NCBI GenBank assembly: GCA_052386995.1
Contig: JBQTJP010000026.1
Span: 1 to 20,009 of the forward strand
Origin: Armatimonadota bacterium
Lineage (GTDB): Bacteria; Sysuimicrobiota; Sysuimicrobiia; Sysuimicrobiales; Humicultoraceae
DNA: 20,009 bases
Direction: 5' to 3'
The notes beneath the pieces were generated by a model. It saw nothing but the letters and a program-made list of their open reading frames with translations, was not told the DNA's origin and did not search any database. Below, in pieces: positions 16,888 through 20,009 of the stretch (its first letter is position 1; each line of letters opens with the position of its first letter). Both the position numbers and the translations under genes were made by a program.

Positions 16888-18603
16888 TCACTTCCGAGGT
16901 CTGCGCTCGAACCGGCTGGCGTCCAGCCACCCCAGGTTCGCAATCACCGTGCCGTTGACAGCTGTCTCGCCGGCAGCCCGGACGCTCAGCGGCCCGTGGA
17001 GGCGATTCTCATCGCCGATCATGAAGGTGATCGTGCCGTTGGCATCGATGTCAATGACGTATAAGAGTCCAGGAGCCAGCGTCATCTCTTCGAAGAGCAC
17101 GCCTGAAATATGGGAATCCAGCGGACCGTCGAAGACCACCACCGCAATTTGCATCCCACTCCTGGGATCGAAGAGGTGGAAGGCCGGGTCGGCGGGGTGC
17201 GCCTTCGGGTCGCCCCGGCGAATTGTGACCCCGAGGATTCGGTCGGGCCGAAGCAGCCGATGCTGCAGCCGGAACCCTGCCTCGACCTCCGACTGGCGGA
17301 CCGCTGTCTTGAACGCGGCGAGCTCCACGTGAAAACGATGAATCTCGGGAAAGTAGCGGGTGACTTCCTGCACGATCTTATTTGCGGTCGCCCAGGCCGA
17401 GCTGTACAGCCCCGCCGTGTCGGCATTCAGCGGACCGGGAGGCGTAAAGATGATGCGCACCGCATCACCCGCGACCTGCAACTGCATCCTCTGCTCGAGT
17501 GCCTGCGGATCTGTCCGAACTGACGACTCTCTCATCTCCGCCAGGCTGCCCGCCTCCAGACGGCCGCTGTTCTTCAGCAGATACCGATTAAAGGTCGCCA
17601 GTTCCCAGACCGGCCGCGCAAGGTCGGCTTCTCCGGCACGGTAGCGCAAGATGTCTTTCTGCGCAGTCCGCACGACCAGCGTGAGGCGCGTGGTGTCCTT
17701 CCGCTTGAGCAGCCCGCTCGCGGATTTCATCACCTCTTCAAGCGACCGAAGAGCGACATAAGGAGGCGTCTGCACCACCGTCCGGCCGTCGAGCTCAATC
17801 GTCAGGTGACCGATCTCCAGTCGGTGAGGCACGCTTGGAGCGGATGCCGGCTGCGCTGTTCGTCGGGCCGGTGTCGCGCACGGCACAGGCGACGAGCGAC
17901 TGATCGTGATCTTTCCGGCGGGGGGCGAAACCGGTGGTGGCGGCGCCTGCACCTGGTCGCATGGCATGTAGACAGTCAGCGGCTCCCGGGCAACACCCGC
18001 CTTTTCTGAGGCCGGCATCAAGAAACCCATGCGTCGGATCACATCGGTCTCCAGAGGGACGCGATCGTAGGTCTGGTAATAAGCATTCGACGCACTCAAA
18101 AAGAGGATGATACCCGCGAAGCCAGCACCGATTCCGGCACGAAGCCGCCTGCCATACGGGGAAGGTGTTGCGTGCCCAGGCAGCCGCTCCTCCAGGAGCC
18201 GCGCGCCCGTCGCTACAAACAGCGCGGGCCACCAGAACCCGAGGATGTTGTAAACGAGTATCAGTACTCCCCCGAGATCCCACTGCTCCATGCCCGGGTA
18301 CGACCACACGCGGAACCAGTACACGGCGGTTGCCACCGTGCCGGACAGGATGACCGGCCAGACCGGGGCCGGGCGTCCGGCAACGACCGCAGGCCTCGGC
18401 ATCTCAGGCCCAGCCGGGCGGGCCGGTGTGGACCTTGCAGACTTCCCCATGATCCCACCGGCCAGTGTGAGAACGAGCGTCACGGGCAGTCCCACCAGCA
18501 TTCCGGTAAACGCTGCATCTGTCGGGGTAGCCCGGATCACCCAGGCCAGCAGCAGGGCGGTCGGGATGGATGCCGCAATCAGGGGCCGCGCGAGTGATCC
18601 CAT
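16888..18603 (-). CDS. Hypothetical membrane protein: N-terminal multi-TM region, Pro-rich linker, large soluble C-terminal region
   Basis: Long ORF filling the gap between DUF2207 and the cyclase; about 5 hydrophobic segments in the first ~180 aa; no family recognised. Start uncertain (ATG 18603 or GTG 18672). Confidence 0.7.
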   Translation of the reverse strand: MGSLARPLIAASIPTALLLAWVIRATPTDAAFTGMLVGLPVTLVLTLAGGIMGKSARSTPARPAGPEMPRPAVVAGRPAPVWPVILSGTVATAVYWFRVWSYPGMEQWDLGGVLILVYNILGFWWPALFVATGARLLEERLPGHATPSPYGRRLRAGIGAGFAGIILFLSASNAYYQTYDRVPLETDVIRRMGFLMPASEKAGVAREPLTVYMPCDQVQAPPPPVSPPAGKITISRSSPVPCATPARRTAQPASAPSVPHRLEIGHLTIELDGRTVVQTPPYVALRSLEEVMKSASGLLKRKDTTRLTLVVRTAQKDILRYRAGEADLARPVWELATFNRYLLKNSGRLEAGSLAEMRESSVRTDPQALEQRMQLQVAGDAVRIIFTPPGPLNADTAGLYSSAWATANKIVQEVTRYFPEIHRFHVELAAFKTAVRQSEVEAGFRLQHRLLRPDRILGVTIRRGDPKAHPADPAFHLFDPRSGMQIAVVVFDGPLDSHISGVLFEEMTLAPGLLYVIDIDANGTITFMIGDENRLHGPLSVRAAGETAVNGTVIANLGWLDASRFERRPRK

Positions 18604-18715
18604 CGACAGGTTTATGCCCAGAGGCCTCTCTTTCCCCGCGTCAGCAAAGGCCTGAGATCGCCCGGGCCTCACCCAAAGAGGTTTCGTTGAACGAACCTGT
18701 GAATCTCACCGAACG

Positions 18716-20009
18716 ATGAAGACCCTCGACCGCGAACTTCCAAGCGGCACGGTGACATTCCTGTTCACCGACATCGAGGGATCAACCGATCTCCTCCAGC
18801 GCATCGGACCGGCTTATGACACACTGCTCGAAGCGCATCGCTGGCTGCTGAGGGCGGCCATTGAGGCCGAGCACGGTCATGAGATGAACACCGAAGGGGA
18901 TAGCTTCTTCGTGGTCTTCTCCAGCGCCGCGCGTGCTGCTGCCGCGGCGACCGCGGCACAGCGCGCCCTGTCGAGTCATCCCTGGCCACCGGGTGCTGCG
19001 CTGCGGGTGCGCATGGGTCTTCATACGGGCGAAGCTACCCCGGTCGGACGTGACTACGTGGGACTGGATGTGCATCGGGCCGCGCGCATCAGCGCCGCGG
19101 GCTGGGGAGGGCAGATCCTCATCTCGCAGGCGACCAAGACGCTCATCGAGCACACGCTTCCGTCCGGCGCCAGCCTGCGCGATCTTGGCGAGCACCGGCT
19201 CAAGGATCTACAACGACCCGAGCGTCTCTTTCAGCTTGCCGTGGCAGATCTGCAGATCGATTTTCCAGCGCTCCGCACGCTCGATGCGACGCCGAACAAT
19301 CTGCCGACGCAGCTGACGAGCTTCATTGGTCGGGAGCGCGAGGTGGCTGCGGCCAGGCAGCTCCTGGCAACCGCGCGGCTTCTCACGCTGACCGGACCGG
19401 GTGGAACCGGAAAGACCCGCCTCTCACTACAGCTCGCCGCCGAGGTCGCCGATCAGTTCCCGCACGGCGTGTATTTTGTGCTGCTCGCCCCGATCAGCGA
19501 CCCTGCCCTCGTGGCGTCAACCGTGGCCCAAACGCTGGGGTTGGCTGAGCAGCGAGGGAAATCACCGCTGGAAAGATTGCAGGAGTACCTGCGCGACAAA
19601 CAGCTCCTGCTGATCCTGGACAATTTCGAACAGGTCGTCGCCGCGGCACCGTTGCTGAGCGAGTTGCTGAAGGCCGGCACTGGTTCAAAGATCGTCGTAA
19701 CCAGCCGCGCGGTCCTGCGAGTGTATGGAGAGCAGGAGTTTCCGGTGCCGCCCCTGCAGCTCCCCGACCCCAAGCACCTTCCGACGCTCGACTCGCTTTC
19801 GCAATACGAAGCCGTGAGGCTGTTCATTCAGCGGGCGGTCGCCGTGAAACCCGACTTTACCGTCACCAACGACAACGCGCCCGCCGTCGCAGAAATCACC
19901 TCTCGTCTGGACGGCCTGCCCCTGGCCATCGAACTCGCGGCGGCCCGTATCAAGATTCTCCCGCCTCGGGCGATGCTCTCCCGCCTCGGGCACCGCCTCA
20001 ACCTGCTGG
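18716..20009 (+). CDS. Class III adenylate/guanylate cyclase fused to an NB-ARC/STAND ATPase (3' end outside window)
   Basis: Not in the ORF track; manual translation from ATG 18716 gives MKTLDRELPSGTVTFLFTDIEGST...TEGDSFF...RVRMGLHTGE...DYVGLDVHRAARI...NNLPTQLTSFIGRERE...Walker A GPGGTGKT...Walker B LLLILDNFE...VTSR...LDGLPLAIELAAAR. Confidence 0.93.
   Translation, partial: MKTLDRELPSGTVTFLFTDIEGSTDLLQRIGPAYDTLLEAHRWLLRAAIEAEHGHEMNTEGDSFFVVFSSAARAAAAATAAQRALSSHPWPPGAALRVRMGLHTGEATPVGRDYVGLDVHRAARISAAGWGGQILISQATKTLIEHTLPSGASLRDLGEHRLKDLQRPERLFQLAVADLQIDFPALRTLDATPNNLPTQLTSFIGREREVAAARQLLATARLLTLTGPGGTGKTRLSLQLAAEVADQFPHGVYFVLLAPISDPALVASTVAQTLGLAEQRGKSPLERLQEYLRDKQLLLILDNFEQVVAAAPLLSELLKAGTGSKIVVTSRAVLRVYGEQEFPVPPLQLPDPKHLPTLDSLSQYEAVRLFIQRAVAVKPDFTVTNDNAPAVAEITSRLDGLPLAIELAAARIKILPPRAMLSRLGHRLNLL

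Overview
GC-rich bacterial chromosomal window, densely coding, mostly metabolic and transport genes: SagB/ThcOx-type nitroreductase (5'-truncated), DUF72, DinB, M19 dipeptidase, an operon of acyl-CoA ligase + flavoprotein disulfide reductase + 14-TM MFS, phhB + MFS, dihydropyrimidinase, a small membrane protein, DUF2207, an unknown membrane protein and an adenylate cyclase-NB-ARC (STAND) protein (3'-truncated). The standout is at 12894-14056 (minus strand). A c-di-GMP-I (GEMM) riboswitch with an overlapping intrinsic terminator (predicted ON switch) sits directly upstream of a gene encoding only the catalytic DDE core of an IS256/Mutator transposase, fused to a Pro/Glu-rich linker and a C-terminal membrane anchor. 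This looks like a domesticated, second-messenger-controlled, membrane-tethered transposase derivative. Both of its neighbours (a serine hydrolase and an amidohydrolase) are broken by apparent deletions. All calls come from reading motifs by eye; no database searches were run.
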